Shown here one piece after another: positions 55,389-64,000 of a stretch of DNA of 64,000 nt; within the stretch, counting starts at the first letter, position 1; each line of letters opens with the position of its first letter. A program made the position numbers and the translations under genes. Source of the DNA: Trueperaceae bacterium (GTDB taxonomy: Bacteria; Deinococcota; Deinococci; Deinococcales; Trueperaceae); contig JAXHNB010000006.1 in NCBI GenBank assembly GCA_034520945.1, positions 864,001 through 928,000 of the forward strand, given 5' to 3'. A model generated the notes under the pieces. It saw only the letters and a program-made list of their open reading frames with translations. It made no database searches and was not told the DNA's origin.

Positions 55389-56093
55389 TCAGCCTCCCAG
55401 GTACAGCCGACCCACGTCCGGGTCGTTCAACAGGCGCGGGCCGGGGCCGTCCAGTTCGTTGCGGCCGGCGGCCAGGACGTAGCCGCGGTCGGCCAACTGC
55501 AGCGACTTGCGGGCGTTCTGCTCCACCATCAGGATGGCGATCCCCGCCTCGTTCACGTCCTTGATCCGCTCGAAGATGTGATCCACCAGCAGTGGCGCCA
55601 GGCCGGCGGACGGTTCGTCGAGCATCAACAACGTCGGTTCCAGCATCAGCGCGCGGCCCATCGCCACCATCTGACGTTCGCCGCCGGACATCTGCCCGGC
55701 CCGTTGGCGGCGCCGCTCATGAAGCTTGGGAAACAGTTCGTACACGCGTTCCTTGCGTGGCTCCAGTGGTCCCGACACCGTGAACGCCCCCATTTCCAGG
55801 TTCTCTTCGACCGTCAGGGTGCGAAAGATGTTGGCCACCTGCGGCACGTACGCCAGGCCGCGCTGCACCAGCTTGTTGGGGGGCAGGCCCGAGACGTCCT
55901 CGTCCTGGAACCGGACGCGTCCCTCCCACGGCTTCAACAGCCCGAACACGAGTTTCATCGCGGTCGACTTGCCGGCGCCGTTGGGGCCGATGATGGACAC
56001 GATCTCGCCGGTGCGGACCTCCAGCGACACGTCGCGGAGCACCTCCATCGAGCCGTAGCCGCTGGTGACGCCCTCGACCTCAAGCAGCGCCAT
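55389..56093 (-). CDS. ABC ATP-binding protein (LivF-like)
   Basis: GPNGAGKST, SGGERQM, LDEPSAGLAP, VEQN. Confidence 0.93.
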   Translation of the reverse strand: MALLEVEGVTSGYGSMEVLRDVSLEVRTGEIVSIIGPNGAGKSTAMKLVFGLLKPWEGRVRFQDEDVSGLPPNKLVQRGLAYVPQVANIFRTLTVEENLEMGAFTVSGPLEPRKERVYELFPKLHERRRQRAGQMSGGERQMVAMGRALMLEPTLLMLDEPSAGLAPLLVDHIFERIKDVNEAGIAILMVEQNARKSLQLADRGYVLAAGRNELDGPGPRLLNDPDVGRLYLGG

Positions 56094-56868
56094 GCTGCCC
56101 TCCCAGGTAGGCCTCCAGGACCCGTGGATCGCGGCGCACCTCGGCGGGCGGGCCGACGGCCAACTCCCGCCCCTGGTTCATCACGATCACCGGGTCGCAC
56201 AGGTCCATGACGAGTTGCATGTCGTGCTCGATCAGCAAAAACGTGATGCCGCGTTCCCGGGCCAGTAGCTCGATGCGCCCCCGGATCTCGGACATGAGCG
56301 TAGGGTTCACGCCGGCGGCGGGTTCGTCCAGGAGGACCAACGCAGGATCCGCCATCAGCGTTCGTGCCATCTCCAGCAGCTTTTTCTGCCCACCGGACAG
56401 GGACTGCGCGTACTCGTGCGCCAACGGTTCGAGCTGCAGGAACGAAAGCACGTCCATGGCCTTGTCGCGATTGGCCCGCTCCTGGCGGCGGACGGCTCCG
56501 GGACGCAGCAGGGGGTTCCACAGGCGTTCACCCATCTGTCCTTTGGGGACCAGCAGTAGGTTCTCCAGGACGGTCATGCTGCCGTGCTCCCGCGGGATCT
56601 GGAAGGTGCGGCACAGGCCCTGGCGGAACACGCGATGCGGGGGCCAGCCGGTGATGTCGACGCCGTCGAACGTGACGCGCCCCTCGTCGGGCGTGATAAA
56701 GCCCGACACCAGGCTGAACAGGGTGGTCTTGCCGGCCCCGTTCGGGCCGATCAGGCCGGTGATGGTGCCGCGCTGCACCGTGACGTTGCAGCGGTCCACG
56801 GCGCGGAGCCCCCCGAAGTCCTTGGTCAGGGCCTCGATGGTCAGGATGTGATCCTCGCCTGCGCCCAT
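56080..56868 (-). CDS. ABC ATP-binding protein (LivG-like)
   Basis: FGGLRAV, GPNGAGKTT, LSGGQKKL, LDEPAAGVNP, IEHDM, EAYLG. Confidence 0.93.
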   Translation of the reverse strand: MGAGEDHILTIEALTKDFGGLRAVDRCNVTVQRGTITGLIGPNGAGKTTLFSLVSGFITPDEGRVTFDGVDITGWPPHRVFRQGLCRTFQIPREHGSMTVLENLLLVPKGQMGERLWNPLLRPGAVRRQERANRDKAMDVLSFLQLEPLAHEYAQSLSGGQKKLLEMARTLMADPALVLLDEPAAGVNPTLMSEIRGRIELLARERGITFLLIEHDMQLVMDLCDPVIVMNQGRELAVGPPAEVRRDPRVLEAYLGGQHGAA

Positions 56869-57001
56869 GCCTCTCCTTCCATGTGCCGTGGCCGCGGTCG
56901 CCCCGCGCAGCCAGGTCGCGTGGGGCGCGCCGTTCCCGCCGCGCGAGGGCGGGCCGGGCCTCCGTTCTTCTACCACGGGCTCGCCCCGTACACGCCAGCC
57001 C

Positions 57002-60000
57002 TCACTCCGCCTCGCGGGAGAGGACGACCTCCAGCGTGGTGCCGTTCGCGCCGTCCAGCGTGCCCGTCTCCCGGTGCTCGCCCTCGGGCCGCGCGCCGGT
57101 GTCGTGGCGCGTCATGACGCGTGCCAGCGTCTCCTCCTGCACGGTGGCCTGGTGCTCCTGCAACGCCGCCACGACCTCTGGGGCGTCGCTGGCCCAGGAG
57201 AGGCGGATCCGGTCGGACACCGCGAAGCCCGCCTTCTTGCGGGCGTTCTGAACCAGGCGGACCGCGTCGCGCGCCATCCCCTCGCGCCGCAAGGCGTCGG
57301 TGAGGGTGGTGTCCAGCGCCGCCAGGTAGCCGCGGTCCTCGACCGCCGCGAACCCCTCGGGGCTGCGGGCGTCCAACAGGAACGCCTCGGCTTCGAGCTC
57401 CACCGTGTCGCCGTCCAACTCGAAGCGGACCGAACGTCCCTCCGAGACCTCCTTCGCGAGCTGACGGGGGTCGCGCTGCGCCAGTGCCTCGCGGAGTGCG
57501 GGGATCTTGGGACCCAGGCGCCGGCCCAACCGCGGCAGGTTCGGCTTGACGTCGTAGTCCACGAAGGCGTCGTTCACGCTCAGGTAGCGGGCCTCCTTGA
57601 CGTTCAGCTCCTCCAGCAACTGCCCCTCGAGGCGGCGCACGCCTTCGGCCTCCGCCTCGCTGCGCACCCGCACCAGCACCGCGGGAAGCGGTTGACGAAT
57701 CTTGACGCCCGATTGGGCGCGGGCGGCGCGGCCCAGTTCCACCACGCGGATCAAGGCGCGCATGTCGCGCATCAACGCGTCGTCGATGACGGCCTCGTCG
57801 GCCAGGGGCCAGTCGGCCAAGTGCACCGAGGCCGGCGCTTCGAGATCGAGGTTCACGACCAGGTTGCGGTACAGGAGCTCGGCCAGGAACGGCGCCATCG
57901 GCGCGATGAGCTTGGCGACCGTGACCAACGCTTCGTGCAGGGCTTGGTAGGCACTGACCTGATCGGCGGCGTCACGCGACTTCCAGAAGCGCTTGCGGTT
58001 GCGCCGCACGTACCAGTTGGACAGGTCGTCCACCACGAAGTCGCGAACCTGGCGGCTGGCGCCGGTGGCGTCGAAGGCCTCCAGTCGCTCGGTCACGTCG
58101 CGCACCAGCGCGTGCGCGCGGCTGACCAGCCAGCGGTCCATCTCGGGGCGTTCCGCGGCGCGCGGGCGGGCGCTCAGGTCCGGCCGGTCCAGGTTGGCGT
58201 ACATCACGAAGAAGCCGTACACGTTCCACAGCGTCATCATGAAATCGCGCTGCGACGCTTCGACCAGGCCGGGGCTGAACCGCTTGGTCGCCTCTGGCGG
58301 GCTGGCGCTGTACATGTACCAGCGCAGCGCGTCGGAGCCCTGCGCGTTCAGGACGGTCCACGGGTCGACCACGTTGCCCTTCGACTTCGACATCTTCTCG
58401 CCGTTCTCGTCGACGATGTGGCCCAGCACGATCACGTTGCGAAACGCGCTGGTGTTCGGGGCGAGGTGCGCCAGCGGTCCCGCCGGCCGCTCGCCCGCGC
58501 CGTCGTCGGTGAGCAGCGTCCCCAACGCGTGCAGGCTGTAGAACCAGCCGCGGGTCTGGTCGATCGCTTCGCAGATGTAGTCGGCGGGGAAGGCGCGTTC
58601 GAACGCGCGCCGGTCGTCGGGCTCGGTCGCGTTTCCGAGGTAGTGGTGCTGCGCGTAGGGCATGGCGCCGGACTCGAACCACACGTCCACGGTGTAGGGG
58701 ACGCGCGTGAACCTCTTGCCATTTTTGTCGAAGGTCACCTCGTCCACGTACGGGCGGTGCAGGTCCAGGCCGGACAGGTCCCGGCCGGTCAAGGATTCGA
58801 GCTGCGCGACGGATCCGACGCAGATCCGTTCGCTGCCGTCCTCCGCCTCCCAGATCGGCAGGGGACAGCCCCAGTACCGTTCGCGGCTGATCGCCCAGTC
58901 GACGTTGCCCTCGAGCCAGTTGCCGAAGCGGCCGGTCCGGATGTGGTCCGGAACCCAGTCGACCCGGTCGTTGTTCGCCAGCAGCCGGTCCTTGAGGGCG
59001 GTCGTGCGGATGTACCAACTCTTCTTGGCGACGTTCATGAGCGGTTTGCCGTCACGCCAGTTGAAGGGGTAGGCGTGGCGGATCACGTCCCGCCGGTACA
59101 TCAGGCCGCGCGCGATCAGGTCGTCCGCAATGGCGCCGTCGGCCTCCTTGAACCAGCGCCCGGCGTAGGGGCCCGGCGTCCCGTCGGAATGGTCGAGGGG
59201 GGCGACCTCCGGGAGCACCTCGCCGGTGAGGGAGACGCTGAACAGGGTGGGCAGGCCGTGGGTGCGGCCCTGCTCCAGGTCGCCGTAGGCGGGTGCCAGG
59301 TGCAGCACGCCTGTGCCGTCCTCCAAACTCACCGAGGGATCCAGCACCACGCGGTGGCCGCGCGCCGCGTCGTCCGTCGCCTCGGCGCGGCCACGCAGGA
59401 TCGGCCGGTAGGGAAGCCCCTCCAGCGCGCGTCCCGCGAAGGTGGTGAGCGTGTCGTGCGGATCGTCCCCGAACACGTCCGCCACCCGGTCTTGGGCCAG
59501 GATGAACGCCGTGTCCATCTCCGACCCGCCGCGGCGCGCGGGCGCGTGGACCAGCGCATAGGTGGCGTCGGCAGCGACCGCCAGGCCCGTGTTGGCCGGC
59601 AGCGTCCAGGGGGTGGTGGTCCAGGCCAGCAGTCGCACGGGCGTCGTTAGCCCGCTCGGCAGCAGGTCGCGGGCCCGCAGCTCTTCCTCGTCAGCGGGAA
59701 AGGCGGGGTAGACCGAGGGGTCCTCGACGTCCTCCTCGTAGCCCAACGAGACCTCGTGCGAGGCGAGGGTGGTGTTGCTGCTGGGGCTGTGCCAGGTGGT
59801 CTTGTAGTCCTCCTGCAGCAGGCCGCGCTGGTAGAGGTTCTCGAAGATCCACCAGCAGGACTCGATGTAGTCGTTGTCGTAGGTGACGTACGCGTTTTCG
59901 AGGTCCAGCCAGAACGCGATCCGCTCCGTCATGGCGGTCCAGTCCTGGATGTTCTCGAACACGTACTCGCGGCACAGCCGGTTGAACGCCTCGATGCCGT

Positions 60001-60331
60001 ATTCCTCGATCTGCTGCTTGCTGGTGAACCCCAGGCGCTGCTCGATGGCGATCTCGACCGGGAGGCCGTGCGTGTCCCAGCCGCCCTTGCGCTCCACGTG
60101 GTAGCCCTGCATGGTGCGGAAGCGCGGAAACAGATCCTTGAACGCGCGGCTGATGACGTGGTGCACGCCGGGTTTGCCGTTGGCGGTCGGGGGGCCCTCG
60201 TAGAACACCCAAGGCCCCTTCGGTGCTGGTTTGCGCAGCGATGCGCCGAACACGTCGCGTTCGCGCCAGCGTTCGATCACCTCGCGCTCCAACGCGGGAA
60301 AGTCGGGATCGTTCGGTACCTCGTCGAACAT
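57002..60331 (-). CDS. ileS: Isoleucyl-tRNA synthetase, type 2
   Basis: FYEGPPTANG, GWDTHGLP, WTTTPWTLP, SRERYWG, DQTRGWF, KMSKS; long type-2 C-terminus; upstream Ile T-box. Confidence 0.96.
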   Translation of the reverse strand: MFDEVPNDPDFPALEREVIERWRERDVFGASLRKPAPKGPWVFYEGPPTANGKPGVHHVISRAFKDLFPRFRTMQGYHVERKGGWDTHGLPVEIAIEQRLGFTSKQQIEEYGIEAFNRLCREYVFENIQDWTAMTERIAFWLDLENAYVTYDNDYIESCWWIFENLYQRGLLQEDYKTTWHSPSSNTTLASHEVSLGYEEDVEDPSVYPAFPADEEELRARDLLPSGLTTPVRLLAWTTTPWTLPANTGLAVAADATYALVHAPARRGGSEMDTAFILAQDRVADVFGDDPHDTLTTFAGRALEGLPYRPILRGRAEATDDAARGHRVVLDPSVSLEDGTGVLHLAPAYGDLEQGRTHGLPTLFSVSLTGEVLPEVAPLDHSDGTPGPYAGRWFKEADGAIADDLIARGLMYRRDVIRHAYPFNWRDGKPLMNVAKKSWYIRTTALKDRLLANNDRVDWVPDHIRTGRFGNWLEGNVDWAISRERYWGCPLPIWEAEDGSERICVGSVAQLESLTGRDLSGLDLHRPYVDEVTFDKNGKRFTRVPYTVDVWFESGAMPYAQHHYLGNATEPDDRRAFERAFPADYICEAIDQTRGWFYSLHALGTLLTDDGAGERPAGPLAHLAPNTSAFRNVIVLGHIVDENGEKMSKSKGNVVDPWTVLNAQGSDALRWYMYSASPPEATKRFSPGLVEASQRDFMMTLWNVYGFFVMYANLDRPDLSARPRAAERPEMDRWLVSRAHALVRDVTERLEAFDATGASRQVRDFVVDDLSNWYVRRNRKRFWKSRDAADQVSAYQALHEALVTVAKLIAPMAPFLAELLYRNLVVNLDLEAPASVHLADWPLADEAVIDDALMRDMRALIRVVELGRAARAQSGVKIRQPLPAVLVRVRSEAEAEGVRRLEGQLLEELNVKEARYLSVNDAFVDYDVKPNLPRLGRRLGPKIPALREALAQRDPRQLAKEVSEGRSVRFELDGDTVELEAEAFLLDARSPEGFAAVEDRGYLAALDTTLTDALRREGMARDAVRLVQNARKKAGFAVSDRIRLSWASDAPEVVAALQEHQATVQEETLARVMTRHDTGARPEGEHRETGTLDGANGTTLEVVLSREAE

Positions 60332-60365
60332 CTCTTCGCCTCGCCTCCTCCGGCCCGGGCCCACG

Positions 60366-60660
60366 CAGAACGGGGCGTCCGGACGCGCGTGCGTCGGGAC
60401 GCCCCGTGGAGCGTGGTACCACCCGAACGTCGCCTCGGCCCCTACGACCGCAGCCTCTCGGTCGCCCGCACCGCCGCGGGAGCGGCGCGAGGACCCGGCG
60501 CGATGACGTGCGCCACGCGGCTCCGTCTACTGACCGGCCTCCGCCGGCGTTCGGGGAGCGGCTCGGGGAGGATATCCGCCGGTGGCCACCGCCGGGCTCG
60601 CACCGTTCCCGGCTCGCTGGGCGTGGTTCGCTTCCGTCGAACGTGTTCCCGTCGTCGCCT
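60366..60660 (-). ncRNA. T-box riboswitch (Ile) upstream of ileS
   Basis: Stem I with AGCGA and GGTG motifs, ATC specifier (60573-60571), AGTA box, T-box GGGTGGTACCACG (about 60424-60412), CGTCCC antiterminator strand, GGGGCGTCC/GGACGCCCC hairpin. Confidence 0.88.
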
Positions 60661-60693
60661 GAACTCGGGCCGCGCTCCGGTGAACCGAAAAGG

Positions 60694-60723
60694 TTGCATC
60701 GTGCCCCGCGACCCGCGTATACT
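60694..60723 (+). promoter_or_regulatory. Putative rho promoter (TTGCAT-18-TATACT)
   Basis: Near-consensus hexamers about 200 nt before the rho ATG. Confidence 0.55.
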
Positions 60724-60920
60724 CGACGCTAGCAGCCGGTCCGTAAGCGCGTCAATACGCCGGTGCGCCCCGACCACAACCTGATCGCGCCGCGCGCATG
60801 CACGTACCCCGTGTCGCGTTCAGGCCTAGCGGCGCACCGGTCCGCCGGTCCGCACGCGTGACCTGATACCCCAGACCAAGACGCTTCGCGAATATCCGTC
60901 GTGTCTGGAACGGAGCCGAG

Positions 60921-62705
60921 ATGAGCCCACGTACCAAGAAGCAGGACGCCGACGAGCAGCCCGAGGCCTCGGACGCGGACGCGCCCAAGAAGCGGCGCGG
61001 ACGCCCGCGCAAGAACGCGGACGAAACCGTAGACACCAGCGACGGTTCCGCCACGAGCAGCGAGGGCAGCGAGGGGGGCGAGGCCGCATCCGCGCCGAAG
61101 AAGCGTGGGCGCCCCCGCAAGAAGAAGGCGGACGAAAGCAGCGAAGCGGCGGACGCCGCCTCCATCGGCGAGGCCACGGCGTCCGGCGAAGCCGACGCTT
61201 CGGCCGGCGAGGACACGGCACCGCGCAAGGAGGCCCGCCGCGGCCGCAAGAAGAAGCGCGACGCGGAGGAGGCGGACACGGGCGGAGAGGACGACGGCGA
61301 GTCCGGCCGTTCGTCCGACGACGCGGACCGGAGGGACGAGGGGGATGACGCGGCCGCGTCGGCCTCCGAACGTGACGAGGACGAGGGCAGCGAGGGCGAG
61401 GACGAGCCTCAGGGTGGCAGTCGCCGTCGCTCGCGCCGTTCGCGCGGGAACCTGCGTGTCAACTACCGGGACCTGCAGGCCAAGATTCTGCCCGAGCTGC
61501 ACCTGCTGGCCAAAGAGGTAGGGCTCGACGACTACCGTGCCATGGAGAAGGACGACCTGGCCGTCGCCATCCTGGCGCGACTGTCGGAGTCCGAGGGGCT
61601 GAAGCTGGTCAACGGCTACCTGGAGATCTCCAGCGACGGCTACGGGTTCCTGCAGGACTCCCTGTTGCAGAACGACACCCGCAAGGTGATCGTGTCGGCC
61701 GGCCTCATCAAGCAGTTCCGCCTGCGGACCGGCGACTTCATCATGGGCAAGTCCCGGGCCCCCCGCAAGAACGAGCGGTACGGCACCCTGATCCGCGTGG
61801 AGGCGGTGAACGGCGTCGACCCGTTCCAAGCGTCCAAGCGGCCCCGCTTCGACGACCTGGTGCCGACCTTCCCCGAGGAGCGCATCAAGCTCGAGACCAC
61901 CCCGAATGAGTTGTCGGCCCGCGTGATCGACCTGCTGGCGCCGATCGGCCGGGGTCAGCGCGGGCTCATCGTGGCGCCCCCCAAGGGCGGCAAGACCACC
62001 CTGCTCAAGACCATCGCGCACTCGGTCGTCACCAACGAAACCGACGTGAAGGTGATCGTGCTGCTGGTCGACGAACGGCCGGAGGAGGTCACCGACTTCC
62101 GCGAGTCCGTCGACGGCGTCGAAGTGGTCGCCTCCACCTTCGACGAGCCGCCCACCAACCACATCCGCGTCGCCGAATTCGTGCACGAACGCTCGCGCCG
62201 CATCGTCGAAGAGGGCGGCAACGTGGTGATCCTGCTCGACTCGATCACCCGCCTGGCGCGCGCCAACAACCTGGTGACGCCCCCGACGGGTCGCACCCTG
62301 TCGGGCGGCCTGGACAGCAGCGCGCTGCACTGGCCCAAGCGCTTCCTCGGCGCCGCCCGCAACATCCGCGGTGGGGGCAGCCTCTCCATCCTGGCGACCG
62401 CGTTGGTCGAGACCGGCTCCCGCATGGACGACGTGATCTTCGAGGAGTTCAAGGGCACCGGCAACATGGAGCTGCACCTCAGCCGCCGCCTCGAGGAGCG
62501 CCGCATCTTCCCGGCCATCGACATCCTCAAGTCGGGCACGCGGCGGGAGGACCTGCTGCTGGACGAGTCCAGCCTGGCCAAGATGTGGCTCTTGCGGAAG
62601 GTGATCAGCGACATGGACGCCTCCGAGGCGATGGAGATGCTGCTGTCGCGCCTGTCGCGCACCAAGACCAACGAAGAGTTCCTCTCCACCCTGGGCCAGG
62701 GCTGA
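60921..62705 (+). CDS. rho: Transcription termination factor Rho with long disordered N-terminal extension
   Basis: DGYGFL RNP1, APIGRGQR, APPKGGKT, LVDERPEE, DSITRLAR, FEEFKGTGNME. Confidence 0.97.
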   Translation: MSPRTKKQDADEQPEASDADAPKKRRGRPRKNADETVDTSDGSATSSEGSEGGEAASAPKKRGRPRKKKADESSEAADAASIGEATASGEADASAGEDTAPRKEARRGRKKKRDAEEADTGGEDDGESGRSSDDADRRDEGDDAAASASERDEDEGSEGEDEPQGGSRRRSRRSRGNLRVNYRDLQAKILPELHLLAKEVGLDDYRAMEKDDLAVAILARLSESEGLKLVNGYLEISSDGYGFLQDSLLQNDTRKVIVSAGLIKQFRLRTGDFIMGKSRAPRKNERYGTLIRVEAVNGVDPFQASKRPRFDDLVPTFPEERIKLETTPNELSARVIDLLAPIGRGQRGLIVAPPKGGKTTLLKTIAHSVVTNETDVKVIVLLVDERPEEVTDFRESVDGVEVVASTFDEPPTNHIRVAEFVHERSRRIVEEGGNVVILLDSITRLARANNLVTPPTGRTLSGGLDSSALHWPKRFLGAARNIRGGGSLSILATALVETGSRMDDVIFEEFKGTGNMELHLSRRLEERRIFPAIDILKSGTRREDLLLDESSLAKMWLLRKVISDMDASEAMEMLLSRLSRTKTNEEFLSTLGQG

Positions 62706-62766
62706 GCGAAGGCCGGTGGCGCATGGCGGCCCGCCGGCACCGGCCCCTTCGCCCGCGCGGTGTGGC

Positions 62767-63849
62767 ATGCGCGCCTGGACGGGTCGGGTGCTGCGCCGGA
62801 TCGTGCTGGCCGGAAGCCTCGCCGGCTGCCTGATCGTCTCCGTGGCCGCCGCTCAGGGCGAGCACGTGGTGCGCCCGGGCGACACCCTGTACGACCTGGC
62901 GGTGCGCTACGACACCGACGTGGCGACGCTGCGGGAACTGAACGACCTCAGCGGCGACCTGCTGCGGGTCGGTTCGGTCCTGCGTCTGCCGGGCCCGGAC
63001 GGTTGGCGTCAGGCGCGTGCCCCAGGCGACGCCACCTGGGCCACCATGGCGGACGCGACCGGCCGCGCGGAGCAGGTGTTACGGGCCGCCAACCCCGAGC
63101 GTGACGATCCGGCGGGGCGCACCGTGCGCATCCCGCCCGCCGACGGCGCCGTCACCTGGGTGCGGGACGGCGAGGACCTCGTGCTGGTGGCCGGGCGTAC
63201 GGGGGTCTCGCCGGGCACCCTGGCCGAACGGAACGGGCTGGAGCCGCCCTACCGGCTGAAGGTGGGACAGCCGTTGGTGGTGCCCCTCGGTGCGGCCGGC
63301 GTCGCCCCCGCGAACGGGATGGGCGGTGCCGAGGGCGAGCCCCAGGACCAGGGGGACGCCTCGACGGCGGCGACGCACGCCGAGCTGCGACAGGCCGCCT
63401 TGGCGGCGCTGCCCGAAGTGCTGGGGCGGCAACAGCTCGACCCGCCCGAGGAGGGCTTCGCGTGGCCTTTGGCGGGTTCACCGCGCATCACCAGCCGCTT
63501 CGGTTGGCGGAACCTCTCCGTCCTCGGCAACCGCTACCATCAGGGCCTGGACCTGGCGGCCGCGCCCGGCACGCCGGTGCTGGCCGCCCGCGCGGGCGAG
63601 GTGGTGCGCGCCGGCTGGGCGGGGGCCTACGGGTACGCCGTCTACGTGCGGCACACGGACGGGTTCGAGACGCGCTACGCGCACCTGCAGCGCCTCGGCG
63701 TTCGCGTGGGACAGAGGGTGGCCCGCGGCGCCGAGCTCGGGCGCGTCGGCTCCACCGGCGCCTCGACCGGCCCGCACCTGCACTTCGAGACGCGCCTGGG
63801 CGCGTCGGCGGTGGATCCGCTGGAGGTGCTGCCGCCCGCTGGGCGTTGA
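62767..63849 (+). CDS. LysM-domain M23 family peptidase
   Basis: Signal peptide, HVVRPGDTLY LysM, ITSRFG.R, H.GLD, YAHL, STGPHLHFE. Confidence 0.9.
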   Translation: MRAWTGRVLRRIVLAGSLAGCLIVSVAAAQGEHVVRPGDTLYDLAVRYDTDVATLRELNDLSGDLLRVGSVLRLPGPDGWRQARAPGDATWATMADATGRAEQVLRAANPERDDPAGRTVRIPPADGAVTWVRDGEDLVLVAGRTGVSPGTLAERNGLEPPYRLKVGQPLVVPLGAAGVAPANGMGGAEGEPQDQGDASTAATHAELRQAALAALPEVLGRQQLDPPEEGFAWPLAGSPRITSRFGWRNLSVLGNRYHQGLDLAAAPGTPVLAARAGEVVRAGWAGAYGYAVYVRHTDGFETRYAHLQRLGVRVGQRVARGAELGRVGSTGASTGPHLHFETRLGASAVDPLEVLPPAGR

Positions 63850-63866
63850 GCACGTTCACGGCGGCG

Positions 63867-63895
63867 TTGACCGCCTCACCGGGCCGGGATATCGT
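63867..63895 (+). promoter_or_regulatory. Putative promoter for the Rrf2 gene (TTGACC-17-TATCGT)
   Basis: Near-consensus hexamers; SD GGAGG downstream. Confidence 0.6.
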
Positions 63896-63923
63896 GCAGG
63901 TGAAACGGACGGAGGCGACGCCC

Positions 63924-64000
63924 ATGTGGGTCTCGACCAAAGCACAGTACGGGATGCGGGCGCTCGTCGAGGTGGCGCTCAGCGGCGAGCGTCCCACCAG
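63924..64000 (+). CDS. Rrf2-family transcriptional regulator (runs off window)
   Basis: MWVSTKAQYGMRALVEVA N-terminus typical of IscR/CymR/Rrf2. Confidence 0.8.
   Translation, partial: MWVSTKAQYGMRALVEVALSGERPT

Overview
A very GC-rich bacterial chromosomal window of core and housekeeping genes. It is most consistent with Deinococcota (Truepera-like; inferred from the LysW lysine operon, bshC, type-2 IleRS, 7Fe ferredoxin and many -10-box-adjacent leaderless starts). Order: folC (partial), plsY-recO-topA-recR-ybaB-dnaX (minus), patatin + DUF815 ATPase, MFS, peptide-type ABC SBP/permeases, TagA/ComB, a three-gene G3PDH-like flavoprotein module, bshC, guaB, thioesterase, mutY, lysWXYZJK, ferredoxin, a hypothetical protein, PCD, a lipoprotein cohesin-like + secreted dockerin-bearing pair, a GH13 protein, glnA, FprA-like reductase, aspartate kinase (alpha/beta), SCP2, two acyl-CoA dehydrogenases + etfBA, pgk-gap, a Liv-type ABC system, T-box-ileS, rho, LysM/M23 peptidase and an Rrf2 regulator (partial). 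I found no mobile elements, rRNA, tRNA or CRISPR. Most notable: (1) TopA ends in a sigma70 region-4-like domain whose DNA-reading residues have become acidic; (2) a translationally coupled cohesin-like lipoprotein / dockerin-bearing pseudo-metalloprotease pair; (3) dnaX in which the long tau form, not gamma, needs a -1 shift at A7 followed by a strong hairpin; (4) lysJ and lysK in one frame separated by a single TAG; (5) loss of Zn-ligand cysteines in RecO, LysW and IleRS. All domain calls are from motif recognition by eye, with no database searches.
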